Of a DNA stretch of 64,000 nt, positions 62,909 to 64,000 are shown in pieces; the stretch's first letter is position 1, and the number at the start of each line of letters is the position of its first letter. The translations under genes were made by a program, and so were the position numbers. The stretch comes from an uncultured Bacteroidales bacterium (lineage in GTDB: Bacteria > Bacteroidota > Bacteroidia > Bacteroidales > FEN-979). Where the stretch lies: NCBI GenBank assembly GCA_903959905.1, contig CAJBYO010000005.1, positions 20,674 to 84,673 on the forward strand, written 5' to 3'. Below the pieces are notes generated by a model that had not been told where the DNA came from, ran no database searches, and saw only the letters and a program-made list of their open reading frames with translations.

Positions 62909-63085
62909 GCCATCTTCATCGGATCCTCCAACGAGATCGGGTCATTTGAATCGGGGGTTGCGGCCAAACTGATGGGACTGATCCCCTCGGTGATCTTCGG
63001 CGGCATCATGACACTTGGGATTGTGGGCTTTACCACGAGGTTTGCACCAAGGTTGAGGAAGTTGAATCTGAAGGAGTTGGGGTGA
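62909..63085 (+). pseudogene. Orphan 3' fragment (58 codons plus stop) of an MFS transporter allele
   Basis: Aligns without gaps to 59511-59687. About 30 of 177 nt differ but 54 of 58 codons encode the same amino acid. No upstream coding continuation. Confidence 0.7.
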
Positions 63086-63086
63086 A

Positions 63087-63660
63087 ATACCTCACCCCCC
63101 TGCCCCCTCTCCGCCCTGAGAGGGGGAGGATTCGCCATAAATGGTTTGGCGTGATTGCATACTTTTTCAGTGCTATGAAAGTTATTGCTCTTTTAAAGAA
63201 GTTGATTGATTTTAAAATGCAAATTCATGGCGTTTATTAAAACAAGTTACCGGAACGATTTTTATTTTGGAGCTTCACGGGAATTGATAACGCGAGCCAA
63301 AAAATTGAGAAAGGTTGAAACAAACGCAGAGCGGATTTTATGGGATGCTTTGCGAAATAAACGATTTTCTCATCTGAAATTCAGAAGACAACACCCGGTA
63401 AAATGGTTTATTGCAGATTTTTATTGTCATGAGATCAAGCTTATCATTGAGGTTGACGGTGGGATTCACAACCAAGAAGACAAGGCAGCATATGACACGG
63501 GCCGGATGCATGAAATAGAAAGTTTAGGACTTATTGTCATTCGTTTTTCAAACGACGAAATCCTGAATAACCTGACATCTGTTCTCAATCAAATTCAACG
63601 AACCATTCAAAGCGAATCCTCCCCCTCTCAGGGCGGAGAGGGGGCAGGGGGGTGAGGTAT
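63087..63660. mobile_element. 574-bp element: DUF559 ORF bounded by perfect 49-bp terminal inverted repeats
   Basis: 63087-63135 (atacctcacccccctgccccctctccgccctgagagggggaggattcgc) is the exact reverse complement of 63612-63660. Each arm contains its own palindrome, ccccctct/agaggggg. Confidence 0.6.
63227..63655 (+). CDS. DUF559 endonuclease-domain protein (Vsr/restriction-endonuclease-like fold)
   Basis: AR.LRK..T.AE..LW..LR......KFRRQHP.....ADFYC.E.KL.IEVDG..H........D..R......G..V.RF.N.E. The last ~15 codons lie inside the right inverted repeat. Confidence 0.8.
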   Translation: MAFIKTSYRNDFYFGASRELITRAKKLRKVETNAERILWDALRNKRFSHLKFRRQHPVKWFIADFYCHEIKLIIEVDGGIHNQEDKAAYDTGRMHEIESLGLIVIRFSNDEILNNLTSVLNQIQRTIQSESSPSQGGEGAGG

Positions 63661-63661
63661 A

Positions 63662-64000
63662 TTACAAATACAACCTTATCAACGCCGCATAATCATCTTC
63701 CTTCATCTTTACATTCCCACCGCTTACTTTGCTGTGTACCATGGCATCAAACAGGGGCTCGCGATGGTCGCCGGGTATGTTCATGTCTGACAGGCGGGTC
63801 GGACAGTCGAGTGATTTGAAGAACGATTCAATACGGTTAATGGATTCATCGGCTGATAGCGGTTCATCAAATAACTGTGATCCCAGTTGTGCGATCCGGT
63901 CGCCGATCCGGTTTTTGAAGTGGCGCATCCAGGCGGGGTAAACGATTGTAAGCGACGCTCCGTGAGGTACGTCATAAAGCAGTGAAAGGCAATGGCCGGC
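63662..64000 (-). CDS. Iron-containing alcohol dehydrogenase, C-terminal part (gene continues beyond window)
   Basis: The frame is open to the window edge: ..GHCLSLLYDVPHGASLTIVYPAWMRH.., a typical Fe-ADH C-terminal region. Confidence 0.8.
   Translation of the reverse strand, partial: AGHCLSLLYDVPHGASLTIVYPAWMRHFKNRIGDRIAQLGSQLFDEPLSADESINRIESFFKSLDCPTRLSDMNIPGDHREPLFDAMVHSKVSGGNVKMKEDDYAALIRLYL

Noticed and set aside
1-64000. Search by eye for tRNA, rRNA, tmRNA, RNase P RNA, riboswitches, integrases, classical IS transposases, restriction-modification systems, or known defence-system genes.
   Set aside because: I recognised none. Without covariance-model or HMM tools, small RNAs cannot be excluded, so I claim no RNA genes.

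Overview
This 64-kb window looks like chromosomal DNA from a Bacteroidota-type genome. Supporting signs are a SusD-like gene, at least five proteins with T9SS C-terminal sorting domains, a gliding-type (type B) sorting domain, TAnnTTTG -7 promoter boxes a short distance upstream of start codons, and no Shine-Dalgarno dependence. I call about 54 protein-coding features and found no rRNA, tRNA, CRISPR array, integrase or classical IS transposase by eye.

Gene content, in order:
- The end of a PUL: SusD plus a LamG/PNGase-F-like T9SS cargo protein.
- OmpA-family and T9SS surface proteins.
- A propeller-sensor histidine kinase with a LytTR regulator, followed by two tandem DUF1566 paralogs.
- An ATP-grasp enzyme, aldo/keto reductases, and an ECF sigma factor with a His-rich membrane protein.
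- preT-preA, and a four-gene t6A operon (tsaE-tsaB-tsaC-tsaD).
- A 1710-aa beta-helix/FN3 T9SS protein.
- An AKR / ALDH / GMC-oxidoreductase module and two L,D-transpeptidases.
- A nucleotide-sugar operon (tviB-tviC-fnlA-fnlB), then rubrerythrin, PspC and a PAS protein.
- Two EF-G paralogs, a KirBac-like K+ channel, an exported MsrB-MsrA, adenosine kinase, an MFS transporter, and a 1040-aa internally duplicated type-B T9SS protein.

The most unusual content is non-coding. About 20 intergenic spacers carry long hairpins or tandem arrays built from 7-11-nt units, and the stems co-vary between copies. Three of these hairpin pairs bracket single small genes: a four-helix-bundle / 23S-IVS-type protein, a GxxExxY PD-(D/E)XK-like protein, and a DUF559 endonuclease-like protein. 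These cassettes sit almost exactly between the stop and start codons of neighbouring genes, and a fourth is a decayed copy that has lost its cargo.

Other leads:
- A 28-aa Cys-rich ORF translationally coupled (ATGA) to the ATP-grasp gene.
- A heptanucleotide array in frame inside tviB.
- A diverged 177-bp duplicate of the MFS 3' end that marks insertion of the type-B T9SS gene.

All protein calls rest on motif recognition from memory. No database search was run.
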